Under the pieces are notes generated by a model. That model saw only the letters and a list, made by a program, of their open reading frames with translations, was not told where the DNA came from and made no database searches. From a virus, in the IMG/VR virus record IMGVR_UViG_3300022935_000010, positions 1-64,000 of that record: a stretch of DNA of 64,000 nt, one strand, 5' to 3'. The position numbers and the translations under genes were made by a program. The stretch's first letter is position 1. Every line of letters starts with the position of its first letter. Below, piece after piece: positions 28,439-38,406 of this stretch.

Positions 28439-31231
28439 ATGGACTTACTTAATCAATTAAAAACTCTTAGGGAAACAACCACTAACCCTGAAGTTAGATC
28501 GATTTGCGAATCCCACATTAATAAAATACAAAATGGGGAATCTGTAAATGAATCCGCAATCCTTGAATCTGTTGACCAGGTAGTAAAGGAAAGTGAAGGC
28601 GAAACCGCTGCAAATCCTATCGAAATGCTAAGACAGCAAGAAATAGAAAGATCTAAATCAGCAGCTCAAAAACTAATGGAATCTTGGGGTGGTATTGGAT
28701 CTAATACCTCTAAAAATTCTGGATCTTATGTAGATGGTAAGAAAGATGATTCTGTTGAAGTTACTAATATTTCTGAGAGTCTTAAGGAGGTGGCAGAAAA
28801 GGATCCTTCAGCTAAAGCATTCATTGATTCACAGGCAGTTAATAATCTTGGTGTATACGAGTCTATTCTATCTTTGAAAGGCACTGGCATTTACGAGCAT
28901 CCGAATGTAAAAATCCTTTGCGAGAAATTTACTCATCTTTTAAAGAACAATAATACCCCTGAATTTTTATTAGCTGAGGCATTTGTCCAGGAGCTACAAA
29001 ACTTCAACTGGGATAACAAAGTAAAATCAGCAGTAGAGACAATTAAGGAAAACGTCGCTTCGCTAAGACCTGAGATTGAGGTTTCAAAGGCTTTATATTC
29101 TATTGAAAAGAACGCTGGTGCTGATTTCTATTCTCCAGTAACAGAATCTCTGAATAAGTGGTTGATATCAGAGAATAAGTCCGTTTCACTTTTGTCCAAA
29201 GAGATCTCGAGATGGTCTTTTAACCCGACGGTAAGAAATCTTGTTAATACGCTTTCTTTAATGGAATCCTCAGAGTCTAAGCTAAGTATACCGGTTAACA
29301 ATGGTAATTCTTCTGTGAGGAAAGTTTATTCTCCAGTACACGTTTCTGGTGGTAAGACAGTATTTACTATTGGTAGTAATGTATTTGAAGGTAATTCTGA
29401 GGGAATCAAGAGACTCTCGAATGTTGAATACTCTGCTCTGCCAGAGTCATTTAAAACTTTGTTAGGGTCATTTTACTCTCCGATGGTTAAAATTAACGAA
29501 AGCGGGCTAAGTTTCTATGTTGGAAACAGCAGCTTCAAGATTGTGGAAGAGTCTGACTCTGTATCAATCTATTCTAAAGAGAATAAGATTAACTTTAGTG
29601 ACACAACTCAATTGGCAAAGCAGATAGCATTAGAAATATCTGGAAGCTTGGGAGTTAATGAGTCGAAAGCAGTTTCTGACATCATTAATCTTTATGAAAA
29701 CTTCTCAAATGTTGTTGAGCTTGATTTTGCTAAAAGGTTAGAATCTAAAGTTTTCGAAGGTGTATCAGTAAACTTGATTAAATGGAACTCAAACCTTTAT
29801 CTTAACAGGATCAACGAAGGAATGAACGAGAATTCTTTATTCCAAGTAAATGGTACGCAAGCTACTTCAATGGTTAAGGATCTTATGAAATATGATATTT
29901 CTGAAGGATTAACTGAATTCTTGGACGGTGAGAATAGAATTAAGTCAATTATGCTTAATGATAGAAAGCAAATTATTGACAATATCGCTATTGTAGAAAA
30001 TGAGATCAATAAGATCTCACAAGCAATGGCTACCAACCCACTTTACGAAAACTCTAAGGAAATGGCAAGAGCCAAGCATATGCTTGAGCAGGAGCTATCT
30101 TCGCTTAGGAAAAAATGGTCGGCTGTTAACGAGGAGATCGAAAAAATAGAATCTTCTTCTGTTGAAATGGAGGATTTAAACGAGGATCAAAAATTCACCG
30201 TTGGTGATTACGTAAAGGTAAAGGAGTCCGGAAATACAGGAAAGATTATTTCTATGGATAGTACGTCAGGTTCTTACACTGTACTAATGGATAACGGAAG
30301 AACCGGTGATTTCAGAATGGATGAAATCGTTGACATTGAGGAAGCTCTAAAATCTGCTGGTGAAGAAAATCAGGAAGCTGATGAAACTCAAGAGGAGGTT
30401 AAAGAGAACGAAACACCGATAGAAACTGCTGAAGAAAATACAGAGGATGCTTTGGAAGAGTCTTCTCAGGATATGGCAGTAGCTCCGGAGAACAAAACAG
30501 CATCTGAAAAGGATAAAACTCCAGCTTCTACACTAAAGGCAAATACTTCTGAAGCACCTGCAGCTAAGGATCAAGATGAAGCTGGTAAAAAAGATATCGA
30601 GAAAGAAGACCACGCTAATTTAGAAGAAGCTCCTGAAGGAAGCGAAAAGGAAACTGATTATAGCGTTAAGCTTAAGGATTCTTTGGTTGATAAGATTGGG
30701 TATAACGTAAATGAAAATACAGAGGAAGTGGAGTCATCAGATAACGAAATGGCTACAGCTCCTTCCGAAGGAAATTCGGAGTTGTCTGAAAGAGATGTTG
30801 AAAACACAGATCAGCAATTAGCAGAAGCACCGGGTGGAAGATCTCATGCGGATTATGAGGTAAAATCAGTTAAAGCTGAAGAGTCAAATCCTGACATGGT
30901 AAAAACAGACTCAGACATGGCATCTGCTCCTGGAGATGGTACTGACAAGGAATTACATCACGAAGTTGGCGATGAGATGGGATATAACCTTGATGAGGCT
31001 GATGATATGGAAAAAACAGATCAGCAATTATCAGTTGCCCCTGGTGGTGAGCACAAAGCAGAATATGATGTTGAAGTTGCCAAGGCAGAAAAAGCAGCAG
31101 CCGATATCATGAAAACTAACCAGGAATTAGCAGAAGCACCAGCAGCTGGTACTGAAGCAGAAACTGATTTAGAAGTTAACCCAGAAATGGGATATAACAT
31201 TGACGAAAGCGAGGAGTCAAAAAAAAACTAA
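28439..31231 (+). CDS. Large acidic head/core protein with SH3/KOW-like domain and C-terminal Ala-Pro repeats; possible -1 frameshift extension to 31407
   Basis: Many (I/L/V)xES sites, FTVGDYVKVKESGNTGKII domain, repeats MAVAPE/LEEAPEG/MATAPSEG/LAEAPGG. Confidence 0.7.
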   Translation: MDLLNQLKTLRETTTNPEVRSICESHINKIQNGESVNESAILESVDQVVKESEGETAANPIEMLRQQEIERSKSAAQKLMESWGGIGSNTSKNSGSYVDGKKDDSVEVTNISESLKEVAEKDPSAKAFIDSQAVNNLGVYESILSLKGTGIYEHPNVKILCEKFTHLLKNNNTPEFLLAEAFVQELQNFNWDNKVKSAVETIKENVASLRPEIEVSKALYSIEKNAGADFYSPVTESLNKWLISENKSVSLLSKEISRWSFNPTVRNLVNTLSLMESSESKLSIPVNNGNSSVRKVYSPVHVSGGKTVFTIGSNVFEGNSEGIKRLSNVEYSALPESFKTLLGSFYSPMVKINESGLSFYVGNSSFKIVEESDSVSIYSKENKINFSDTTQLAKQIALEISGSLGVNESKAVSDIINLYENFSNVVELDFAKRLESKVFEGVSVNLIKWNSNLYLNRINEGMNENSLFQVNGTQATSMVKDLMKYDISEGLTEFLDGENRIKSIMLNDRKQIIDNIAIVENEINKISQAMATNPLYENSKEMARAKHMLEQELSSLRKKWSAVNEEIEKIESSSVEMEDLNEDQKFTVGDYVKVKESGNTGKIISMDSTSGSYTVLMDNGRTGDFRMDEIVDIEEALKSAGEENQEADETQEEVKENETPIETAEENTEDALEESSQDMAVAPENKTASEKDKTPASTLKANTSEAPAAKDQDEAGKKDIEKEDHANLEEAPEGSEKETDYSVKLKDSLVDKIGYNVNENTEEVESSDNEMATAPSEGNSELSERDVENTDQQLAEAPGGRSHADYEVKSVKAEESNPDMVKTDSDMASAPGDGTDKELHHEVGDEMGYNLDEADDMEKTDQQLSVAPGGEHKAEYDVEVAKAEKAAADIMKTNQELAEAPAAGTEAETDLEVNPEMGYNIDESEESKKN

Positions 31232-31410
31232 GAAAAATACTTAGTAAAGTTTGGTCTTTTGCTCCTACGGGAGAGGAGCAATCTGAATCTCCAGAGCCTT
31301 TCGTCGATAATATCGAAGATAAAATGAGCGTCGCCCCAGATGGAAAGGAACCTACTGGGGACACGCTCATTTCTTCTGAAGATGGTACCGAAGAGGATAA
31401 GGCTTAGGTC

Positions 31411-31438
31411 GAAACTAACCTCGAGGTTTAAACTAAAA
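31411..31438 (+). promoter_or_regulatory. Putative ECF-type promoter GAAAC-N18-TAAAA driving the late sigma gene
   Basis: Recurring motif 20 nt upstream of 31459. Confidence 0.65.
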
Positions 31439-31458
31439 ATAATATAAGTATAAAGGTT

Positions 31459-31818
31459 ATGGCAAAGGCTTATGTAAGGAATAAAGATCTGATGGCTGCA
31501 GTATTGGAGTCAAAGGAAAAAGGTGAACTCACACCTGAGACTATAGAGATGTTTGGCCTAATGGTTCAAGGTATATCTAAGAAGATGGCTTACCGGGATC
31601 CTGATGATAAAGCAGACTGTATGGCTTTTGCTATGGAGGACCTTTGCAAATATTGGAATAGGTTCAATCCAGAAAAATCTAATAACCCCTTTGCATACTT
31701 TACACAGATAGCTAAAAATGGTTTTGCTAAAGGATGGAAAAAAATACATCCACCAAAAGCTCCAAAAACTATTCCTTTTTCATACATAACCGGAGATGAC
31801 AATACGTATAATGTGTAG
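31459..31818 (+). CDS. Late-transcription sigma factor (T4 gp55-like)
   Basis: YVRNKDL...KYWNRFNPEKSNNPFAYFTQIA hallmark of gp55 family. Confidence 0.85.
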   Translation: MAKAYVRNKDLMAAVLESKEKGELTPETIEMFGLMVQGISKKMAYRDPDDKADCMAFAMEDLCKYWNRFNPEKSNNPFAYFTQIAKNGFAKGWKKIHPPKAPKTIPFSYITGDDNTYNV

Positions 31819-31820
31819 AA

Positions 31821-32306
31821 ATGCCGGATATAAAAAAAATAAAACCCAACGGGGATTATAAGTCTGGACTATATGTAGCTCAAAACCCAGACAAATATAT
31901 CGGCGACGTTCATAACATAATATGTAGATCCTCGTGGGAATTTAGATTTTGTCGCTATTGTGACAATAATGAAAAAATCCTTAAATGGAGTTCTGAACCT
32001 ATATCAATTCCTTATTACAATCCATTAGATAAGAAAGAGCATCAGTATAATGTGGATTTTTATATGCAGGTCCTTAAAGATGATGGACAAACACAGGATT
32101 GGATAATAGAGGTAAAGCCAGAAAAGCACTTTAAGAGACCGATTCTAGAGGGAAATAGCACACTCAAAAAGCTTAAGTCTTATAATCACAAGATGCAAAT
32201 ATGGATTACCAACCAAGCAAAATTTAAAGCGGCTCAGAGATGGGCAGATGCTAGAGGCTATAAATTCGGCGTGGTTGATGAGAATTTTTTATTTAAGAGC
32301 AAGTGA
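31821..32306 (+). CDS. Head completion nuclease (T4 gp4-like, TnsA-like endonuclease)
   Basis: NPDKYIGD, RSSWE, WSSEPISIPY, YNVDF, IEVKP, NQAKFKAA. Confidence 0.88.
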   Translation: MPDIKKIKPNGDYKSGLYVAQNPDKYIGDVHNIICRSSWEFRFCRYCDNNEKILKWSSEPISIPYYNPLDKKEHQYNVDFYMQVLKDDGQTQDWIIEVKPEKHFKRPILEGNSTLKKLKSYNHKMQIWITNQAKFKAAQRWADARGYKFGVVDENFLFKSK

Positions 32307-32908
32307 AATCCTTTGAAGAGCAGATAAAGGATTTGAGGGATGGATCTAGTTCGGTCTCTCAGGTTTCGACCGATTCAAACAGATACTTTTTTGGTAAGTA
32401 TGGCCCAGGCGGTGATGGTGGTAATATGAAATTTGATGGAAATTTTATACCTGGGAAAATTTATTCAGCTTCATATAAAACCAAGACAATGGTTTCTGAA
32501 AAACATCCATTCATAGATAGGTCTCCAATATTCATGTTTGTAAAGAAGGAAAGACATAACGGTTCTGATATTCTGATTTCTCTAGATCTTAATGTTATTC
32601 CTCCCGACTATAGAGGGAACATTTTATTCAAATTATGGGAACAGTACTTTCCCCTATTTAAGGAAAATTCCCAGCTTCCTTACTCCTCTCAAGCTCCGGT
32701 AAGAAATATTACTCAATCTTTTGACAGGCTCCTAAGCGGGACTGGGTGGAAAACATCTTTAACGGGCTTTAAGAGGGATTTTATAGCAGAAGTGAGCGTT
32801 GTAGATTATGAGGATTGGGTCAGAATCCCATATATTTCCGATTTTAGGATAGAGGGTCAATCTACCAGTGGGATATATAATGATTATAGATCGAAATTAA
32901 ATGCTTAG
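32303..32908 (+). CDS. DNA end protector-like protein (T4 gp2-like)
   Basis: PGKIY..Y..K, PFIDRSP, LNVIPPDYR; adjacent to gp4. Confidence 0.6.
   Translation: MKSFEEQIKDLRDGSSSVSQVSTDSNRYFFGKYGPGGDGGNMKFDGNFIPGKIYSASYKTKTMVSEKHPFIDRSPIFMFVKKERHNGSDILISLDLNVIPPDYRGNILFKLWEQYFPLFKENSQLPYSSQAPVRNITQSFDRLLSGTGWKTSLTGFKRDFIAEVSVVDYEDWVRIPYISDFRIEGQSTSGIYNDYRSKLNA
32872..32879 (+). promoter_or_regulatory. Putative late promoter GATATATA for portal genes
   Basis: Exact octamer in the 3' end of the preceding ORF. Confidence 0.7.
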
Positions 32909-32942
32909 TCTCTAATACAAAAACTAGATCATATTACTATAA

Positions 32943-34553
32943 ATGGCCGGATTTAACGAAAATCAAGAAGGAAGCCCAATATTCCAGAGAATACGAGAGT
33001 CTGTAAAGTCTCTTAGTAACTTTGGTATGAGATATGGTGATATGGTGATTAAGAACTCGCAAGCTATCGGGTCGATAGAAGCTGAGTTCATGAAAAAGCA
33101 AGCTATTGACGATGAAAGCTTGCTTTATTCTTTAGGAAGGCAAGACACTACAACCAGGCAGTTTATTAGTTATTATGATAAAGATTATGCTGGTAAAAGG
33201 GATTATCTAAGAAAGTTTGCTTTAAATCCTGAAATTGAGTACATCCTGGATACCGTTTGTGATGAAGCTATAACTTTCGATCCCCAAAACTTCTTCGCAC
33301 ATCCTGCATTCCTAAACTTAACTGACGTAAAGGACAAAGTAAAGGATAGAATCGACGAAAACTTTAAAAAGCTGTACGACATGTTCGGCTTTACTGATGA
33401 TATAAGTGCTTGGCAATACTTCAGGCAATTGATGGTTGATGGATTCCTTGCCTTTGAGATTGTATATAATGACAAGGGTAAGGAGATAATAGGATTTAAG
33501 GAATTAGATGCTACAACTCTAATGCCTTCTGTTGAAAAACAGCCAGACGGAACATATCTAAATGTTTGGTATCAGTATCCTAATGATATTAACAAGAGAA
33601 GGATGCTCTATGATTCTCAGGTTATTTATATTTCTTTTGCCAAAGGTAATACAGTTTCTCGGGTTAGTTATGTTGAAAGACTTATTAGGCCTTACAACAT
33701 TCTAAGAATTATAGAATACACCAGGGTTATTTGGTCTGTAATGAACGCATCTTTTAGAATGAAGATGACGGTACCAATTGGATCGAGGTCACCTCAAAAG
33801 TCAATGCAGACCTTAGGTGAATTGATGAGTATCTACAAAGAAGATATTAGGTTTAATGATGAGAGCGGGGAATTAACTGTAGATGGTAGACCTAAAATAC
33901 AGTTCTACAAAAATTACCTTATGCCTTCTGGTGTAAATGGTACTCCAACTATAGAGCCTATAAATAATGCTGGACCAAACCTTAACGACCCTCAACCGCT
34001 TGCTTACTTTTATGACAAGCTGGTTCAAGAATCGAAGGTTCCTTTTTCTAGATTCCAGGGTCCTGACGGCGGATCGATTGGAAATTATTCAAATGGCGCT
34101 GAAGGACTTGATAAGGAAGAAATAAGATTTGCCAAGTTTATTACTAGGCTTAGATCTATTTTCCAAGATGTCCTTGTTAAGCCACTTTGGATACAGATGT
34201 GTAAAGACTTCCCCGAGCTGGAGAAGGATTATTTGTTCAAGAGTCAGTTGGGCTTGGAATTTGTTTCTGATAATCCGTTTAGGATAAACCAGGAGATAGA
34301 AACCATGCTTAAAAAGAAGGAGCAAATAGATGGCATGTACACTTTAACCGACGACTCCGGTGAGCCCTTCTTCTCTTTAGCTTATTTAATTGAATCCCAT
34401 CTGGGTATGAATGCTGATGATATTAAAGGTAATAAGGAGGCGATTCAAAAAAGGAAGGAAGAAGAAGCTAAAAAGGCTGAAGAAGAAAAGGATGAAGATG
34501 AAGCACAGGAACCCGCAGAGGAATCAACGGAGGAAGCCCCTCCTCAAGAATAA
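32943..34553 (+). CDS. Portal protein 1 (T4 gp20-like)
   Basis: PEIEYILDTVCDEAI, FRQLMVDG, SYVERLIRPYNILRIIE, EEIRFAKFITRLRSIF. Confidence 0.88.
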   Translation: MAGFNENQEGSPIFQRIRESVKSLSNFGMRYGDMVIKNSQAIGSIEAEFMKKQAIDDESLLYSLGRQDTTTRQFISYYDKDYAGKRDYLRKFALNPEIEYILDTVCDEAITFDPQNFFAHPAFLNLTDVKDKVKDRIDENFKKLYDMFGFTDDISAWQYFRQLMVDGFLAFEIVYNDKGKEIIGFKELDATTLMPSVEKQPDGTYLNVWYQYPNDINKRRMLYDSQVIYISFAKGNTVSRVSYVERLIRPYNILRIIEYTRVIWSVMNASFRMKMTVPIGSRSPQKSMQTLGELMSIYKEDIRFNDESGELTVDGRPKIQFYKNYLMPSGVNGTPTIEPINNAGPNLNDPQPLAYFYDKLVQESKVPFSRFQGPDGGSIGNYSNGAEGLDKEEIRFAKFITRLRSIFQDVLVKPLWIQMCKDFPELEKDYLFKSQLGLEFVSDNPFRINQEIETMLKKKEQIDGMYTLTDDSGEPFFSLAYLIESHLGMNADDIKGNKEAIQKRKEEEAKKAEEEKDEDEAQEPAEESTEEAPPQE

Positions 34554-34563
34554 GTAATAAAGG

Positions 34564-36159
34564 ATGGCAGGATTTTTAGATTACGTAGCAGAAAGATCTT
34601 TCCTTGGGAATCTTTATAAGAATTTATCCAAGGTGGGGAGATTTGGTATGGAGTACGAAGACATGGTTATTCGTAACTCCCAAGCTATTGGTGCTACAGA
34701 ATCTAATTTCTTTAATGAGCAAGGTACAGGATTCACTGAGAATAATGCTTTTTATTGGACTCTTGGTTATCAAGATACTAAGGTAAGAAAGTATATAGCA
34801 TATTTCGATAAGGACTATTTAGGCAAAAGAGACTTCCTTAGGAAATTTTCCCTTAACGGCGAAATTGATTTTATCTTAGATACACTTACAGACGATGCTA
34901 TAAATTATGATGACAAGAATTTTATTGGGTATCCATCTCTTTCTAATATAGACCTAAAGCCTAATATTATAGATAAACTAGACGAAAACTATAGAAACAT
35001 GTATATGCTTTTTGGTTTTCAACAGGGAATACTAGCTTGGCAATATTTTAAGCAATTTCTTATAGATGGATTTCTTGCTTTTGAAATCGTATATTCCACC
35101 GACGGTAAAAAAATAGTTGGTTTTAAAGAGCTAGACCCTACTTCATTGCAACCTGCTACACAACCTCAACCAAATGGTGAGTATCAACAAATATGGATTC
35201 AGTATCCTGGTGATAGCAAGATGACCAGAAATCTTAAAAGCGAGCAGGTTATCTATATTTCTTACGCAAAGGGTAATACTATATCTAGGGTAAGCTATGT
35301 AGAACGTTTAATTAGATCCTATAATATTCTAAGAATCATGGAAAACACCAGGGTTATATGGAATGTTATGAATGCATCATACAGACTAAAATTTGTAATT
35401 CCTGTGGGTTCCCAATCTCAACAAAAGGCAATGCAGACATTGGGACAGCTTATGTCTATTTACAAGGAAGAAATGGAAATAAACGATTCTTCGGGTGAAC
35501 TCACTGTAAATGGTAGACCGAAGGTTCAATTCTATAAGAACTACTTATTTCCGGAAAAAGATGGGCAATCTCCCCAAATTGAAACATTAGATCCTAATGG
35601 TCCTGATTTCAATGTAATGGATAACGTAATTTATTTCTACAATAAGCTTAAACAGGATTCAAAGATACCATATGCAAGGTTTGCTTTCAGAAACGGAACT
35701 CCTGCTAATTATCAAATTAGCATCGACCAATTGGAAAGGGATGAGATTAGATTTGAGAAATTCCTAACAAGGCTCAGATCTATTTTCCAAGAAATATTGG
35801 TGAAACCCTTGTATATACAAATGTGTCTTGATTTTCCTGAATTATCTAAGGACAGATCTTTTAAATCAAATTTAGGCCTAACTTATGTTAGGGAGAATCT
35901 TTTTGAAGAATTTATACAGCTTCAGAATTATACTAAGAGAGCACAGTTTGTAAATGATCTTGGTGAGATGAAGCAGAAGATTGGTGAAGAGGAAGAACCT
36001 TATTTTGATAAGAATTTCCTAATAAAGAGGTATCTTGGACTTACGATGGACGAGTATAAGAAAAACGAGAAGTATAAGGAGATGGAGCAGAAAAAGGCCG
36101 AGGAAAAGGCTAAGGAAGCTGGAGGTGAGGAGGAATCTTCAGATAGTTTCACACTATAA
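34564..36159 (+). CDS. Portal protein 2 (paralogue)
   Basis: Same motifs: EIDFILDTLTDDAI, SYVERLIRSYNILRIME, RDEIRFEKFLTRLRSIF. Confidence 0.88.
   Translation: MAGFLDYVAERSFLGNLYKNLSKVGRFGMEYEDMVIRNSQAIGATESNFFNEQGTGFTENNAFYWTLGYQDTKVRKYIAYFDKDYLGKRDFLRKFSLNGEIDFILDTLTDDAINYDDKNFIGYPSLSNIDLKPNIIDKLDENYRNMYMLFGFQQGILAWQYFKQFLIDGFLAFEIVYSTDGKKIVGFKELDPTSLQPATQPQPNGEYQQIWIQYPGDSKMTRNLKSEQVIYISYAKGNTISRVSYVERLIRSYNILRIMENTRVIWNVMNASYRLKFVIPVGSQSQQKAMQTLGQLMSIYKEEMEINDSSGELTVNGRPKVQFYKNYLFPEKDGQSPQIETLDPNGPDFNVMDNVIYFYNKLKQDSKIPYARFAFRNGTPANYQISIDQLERDEIRFEKFLTRLRSIFQEILVKPLYIQMCLDFPELSKDRSFKSNLGLTYVRENLFEEFIQLQNYTKRAQFVNDLGEMKQKIGEEEEPYFDKNFLIKRYLGLTMDEYKKNEKYKEMEQKKAEEKAKEAGGEEESSDSFTL
36132..36159 (+). 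promoter_or_regulatory. Putative ECF-type promoter variant GGAAT-N18-TATAA
   Basis: Same spacing as the GAAAC motif, upstream of heptose kinase gene. Confidence 0.45.
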
Positions 36160-36186
36160 ATAAGTAAGGTTCTTAAATCAATTTTT

Positions 36187-36957
36187 ATGTTAAAGGTTTT
36201 AGTAGTAGGTGAACTCTGTATAGATCGGTTTGTTTACGGAGAGGTAAGTAGAATGTGCCCAGAAGCTCCAGTTCCTGTTTTTAACCCAATCGAAATTGTA
36301 GAAAATAATGGGATGGCGGGGAACGTCGTGGATAACCTGAATTCTTTAAGTGATGACATAGAGGTTGTTCATTGGCATCAGGCTAATAAGATAGAGAAAA
36401 TTAGGTTCGTTGAGAAGAAGAGTAACCATATGATTGTTCGGGTTGACGAGGGCGAAAGTTTTCCAATGGATTCTTTTTCCTTTATGTCTTCTAGAAAGAG
36501 AGGTACGATTAACGAGTCTGATCTGGTAATAATCAGCGACTATAACAAGGGATTTCTTACCACATCTCATATAGAGCAAATAGCTAATCAGGGCAGCTTG
36601 GTTCTTATGGATAGTAAGAAGAAATTGTCTGAAGATCTTATACAGGAAATAACATTCGTTAAACTGAATGAGATAGAATATGAAAACAACAAGGACCTGG
36701 CGGATAAGTACCCAGAGAAGTTTATAATAACCCTAGGTTCCAATGGTGCTATGTTTAACGGAGAGATCTACCCAAGTTCAAATCCACAGGATACCATCGA
36801 TGTAAGTGGTGCTGGAGATACTTTTATATCTGCCTTTTCGCTGAAGTACTTATCTACTGGTAATACTGGTGAATCTATTGAATTTGCTAATAGCGCTTGT
36901 GCAAATGTGGTAAATAAAAAGGGGGTAGCAGTACCAGATTCTTCGTTTAGGATATAA
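36187..36957 (+). CDS. HldE/RfaE-type heptose-7-phosphate kinase domain (PfkB family), stand-alone
   Basis: VLVVGELCIDRFVYGEVSRMCPEAPVPV, GMAGNV, ISDYNKG, DVSGAGDTF. Confidence 0.85.
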   Translation: MLKVLVVGELCIDRFVYGEVSRMCPEAPVPVFNPIEIVENNGMAGNVVDNLNSLSDDIEVVHWHQANKIEKIRFVEKKSNHMIVRVDEGESFPMDSFSFMSSRKRGTINESDLVIISDYNKGFLTTSHIEQIANQGSLVLMDSKKKLSEDLIQEITFVKLNEIEYENNKDLADKYPEKFIITLGSNGAMFNGEIYPSSNPQDTIDVSGAGDTFISAFSLKYLSTGNTGESIEFANSACANVVNKKGVAVPDSSFRI

Positions 36958-36984
36958 TAATCCGTCTCAATTTTTTAGCTAATT

Positions 36985-37013
36985 AAATCCACTTTGCTGT
37001 GGATTCTTTTTTT
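36985..37013 (+). terminator. Intrinsic terminator
   Basis: AATCCAC-tttgct-GTGGATT followed by T run. Confidence 0.65.
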
Positions 37014-37026
37014 ATTTGCGTTCTTA

Positions 37027-37045
37027 TTGCTTAGTTTTGTTTAAA
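37027..37045 (+). promoter_or_regulatory. Putative Bacteroidota-type promoter, TTGCTTAGTTTTGTTTAAA (-7 box TAGTTTTG)
   Basis: Near-identical element at 44118-44136. Confidence 0.6.
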
Positions 37046-37055
37046 ATACACTGAT

Positions 37056-38402
37056 ATGCTTAAAGAGCTAGAAATATTTTGCCAGCTGGAAGAACTTACA
37101 GGTAACGGTTCACAAAAGGAGAAACAGAGATTGATCTCACAAAATCTCACCGAGGAGATGTCTTATATTCTGGATATCTGTTTTAATCCATTTGTAACAA
37201 CCAAACTACACAAACTAGACCTCTCAGAGGAGCAACCAGTGAGAAGTTATTCAACAAATCCCGATTCATTTTGGGATTCCTTTGTTTCTCTCATAGAGGA
37301 TCTGAAGAATGCTCCAGCAGCCAATGATTTATTGAGAGGAAGGGCGCAAGATTTACTGGACCATTCTTTTGTGCAATACCCAGATCAGGATCTCGAAATA
37401 AGAAAGATGCTTATGAGGATCCTCACTAAGAGAATGAATGTAGGAATTGGCGCAAAGCTTATAAACAAAGCTGTCGGGAAGGAAATCATTCCGGATCCTT
37501 CTTTAATGTTAGCTACGGATAAGCAGGAGGAAATTGAAAAGTGGGATAAAATATATTGCGAGGAGAAATACGACGGTGTTCGTGTTATTGCCATGATGAA
37601 TCCTGATAGATCATTCTCTTTTTATACTCGTGCTTTTAATGAGTTGGATGCCTCTAAGCTTAGTAACATTGCTAAGGATCTTTCCCTTATCTCTGATGCA
37701 GCTGGACATACTGCTATTTTCTATGATGGCGAGTTAACAGATTTAAACAGAAAGTCTGTTTCGGGAAAGGTGACACAGATTCTTAAAGGCACAGCCCCAG
37801 ACAATATAGATGCAAATTTCCTTTTTAATGTGTTTGATATGGAGGATAATTCAACCCTCGAAAAAGGAAGGGGCTCTGTTCTTTATATTAAAAGGAGAAA
37901 GAAGCTATCAGAAACGCTGGACCTTCTACCAGAGGGATCAAATATTAGGTTAGGTCAGATGTGGGAGGTGGATTCTATGGAGGATACCTTGGTCATTTAT
38001 AAAGACATTGTAAATCAAGGTGGAGAAGGAGTTATATGTAAAAACGACCACCTCTATGAATGTAAAAGAAGTAAAAGTTGGATAAAACTTAAAGAGGTCA
38101 ACGATTGTGATCTCGAAGTTGTTGGGTGGTATCCAGGCGAGGGTAAAAGGGAGGGATTTATAGGTGGACTGGATTGCACTGATAAATCAAAAACTCTCAA
38201 CGTAAAAATTGGTTCTGGATTTACTGATAAAGATCTAGAAATACTAAGCGAAAATCCGAATGATCTTATAGGTAAGATTGCAGCTGTGCAGTATAACGTA
38301 ACAATTACGGATAAGCACGAAAATCGAAGTCTTTTCTTACCCAGGTTTATAGAAATTAGGAACGATAAATCCGACCCAGACGACATGTCTAACTTGTTCT
38401 AA
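37056..38402 (+). CDS. ATP-dependent DNA ligase
   Basis: EEKYDGVR motif I, YDGEL, FNVFD, EGVICK, WIKLK, IGSGF, LFLPRF. Confidence 0.95.
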   Translation: MLKELEIFCQLEELTGNGSQKEKQRLISQNLTEEMSYILDICFNPFVTTKLHKLDLSEEQPVRSYSTNPDSFWDSFVSLIEDLKNAPAANDLLRGRAQDLLDHSFVQYPDQDLEIRKMLMRILTKRMNVGIGAKLINKAVGKEIIPDPSLMLATDKQEEIEKWDKIYCEEKYDGVRVIAMMNPDRSFSFYTRAFNELDASKLSNIAKDLSLISDAAGHTAIFYDGELTDLNRKSVSGKVTQILKGTAPDNIDANFLFNVFDMEDNSTLEKGRGSVLYIKRRKKLSETLDLLPEGSNIRLGQMWEVDSMEDTLVIYKDIVNQGGEGVICKNDHLYECKRSKSWIKLKEVNDCDLEVVGWYPGEGKREGFIGGLDCTDKSKTLNVKIGSGFTDKDLEILSENPNDLIGKIAAVQYNVTITDKHENRSLFLPRFIEIRNDKSDPDDMSNLF

Positions 38403-38406
38403 ATGG

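Noticed and set aside
31821-32306. TnsA transposase / Tn7 element
   Set aside because: Motifs and context (next to gp2, gp55, portal) fit T4 gp4 head completion protein; no TnsB/C
36951-36958. GATATAAT as a late promoter
   Set aside because: Not an exact octamer and immediately followed by a terminator
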